DNA of 61,202 nucleotides, counting the filler, from Dimorphilus gyrociliatus (taxonomy: Eukaryota; Animalia; Annelida), in assembly GCA_904063045.1 (NCBI GenBank). It is 3 parts of 3 records of this genome, joined end to end, with 100 filler letters (N's around TTAATTAATTAA, not from the genome) between each part and the next. Parts side by side here need not be neighbours in the genome. Positions count along the whole stretch, not along the records: positions 36,829 to 61,202 come from CAJFCJ010000166.1; 2 more parts are not named here. One strand, 5' to 3'. Under the pieces are notes generated by a model. It made no database searches and was not told the origin of the DNA. It saw only the letters and a list, made by a program, of their open reading frames with translations. Within the stretch, counting starts at the first letter, position 1; each line of letters starts with the position of its first letter. Positions 60,773-61,202 of the stretch are shown here, one piece after another. The position numbers and the translations under genes were made by a program.

Positions 60773-61202
60773 TCACTGATATCTTTGTCTATTTAATCTC
60801 CTTCTTCCAGTCCTTCTTTGTTGCTGAACCATCATTTCTTTTGTGTTCACTAAAATTTCATTAAAAATCAGTTTGTTGACAACATTTCTTAATGAAGAGA
60901 TCTTTCCCTGCTGCATTCGTCTATGAAAAGGATCTCCTCTTATAATGCTATTGATATAAAAACTTTGTGAACATTTTTCGTAAATTTTCTGGTGGTGGTA
61001 ATTGATTATTTTATGATTTCGAACATTGTATTTTATAAATAGGAGACATTCTTTAAAGTTTCCATTGTTTTTGTAAATATCTGGAAAATTCCATCAACAT
61101 CATTAATGATATCAAAAAGAATATGAAGGGCTACAACTGTAGCTTTTTATTCCATTTTGATAAAATTTCTTTGCAATTTTTAAATGATAGACCAGAAATG
61201 TT
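60773..61202 (-). pseudogene. Degenerate second copy of the PLE accessory ORF (homolog of 42285-42818), cut by window end
   Basis: NISGLSFKNCKEILSKW, IIRGDPFHRRMQQGKIS.LRN and LIFNEILVNTKEMM.QQQRRTGRRRLNRQ, with frameshifts. Confidence 0.85.

Overview
AT-rich eukaryotic (animal) genomic DNA with very short introns (~50-60 nt) and two 100-bp scaffold gaps. The gene content (F-type lectins, CBM14/C1q, NACHT/LRR, MAM, orphan GPCR) suggests a compact lophotrochozoan, probably annelid-like, genome (inference). Host genes are mostly secreted, immune or cell-surface: an LRR protein, a class A GPCR, an inverted pair of two-domain F-type lectins (one pseudogenised), a CBM14x2-TSP1-C1q x3 protein, a tRNA-Ile(AAT), a C2/MNNL-only Notch-ligand-like membrane protein, and a Cys-rich prepropeptide with a truncated paralog. 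About half the window is nested mobile DNA: Ty3/Gypsy pieces (gag, protease, RNase H, integrase in frame with an env-like glycoprotein), solo and partial LTRs of related families, a BEL/Pao RT fragment, an intron-containing MULE, non-autonomous elements bearing telomere-like repeats, and a Penelope-like element (PLE). The best candidate for an undescribed system is the PLE. Its polyprotein carries an N-terminal SGNH-like module, that module recurs as a free-standing ORF just downstream and again at the window end, and its GIY-YIG-like region appears degenerate and out of the usual order. All domain calls come from motifs read by eye; no searches were run.
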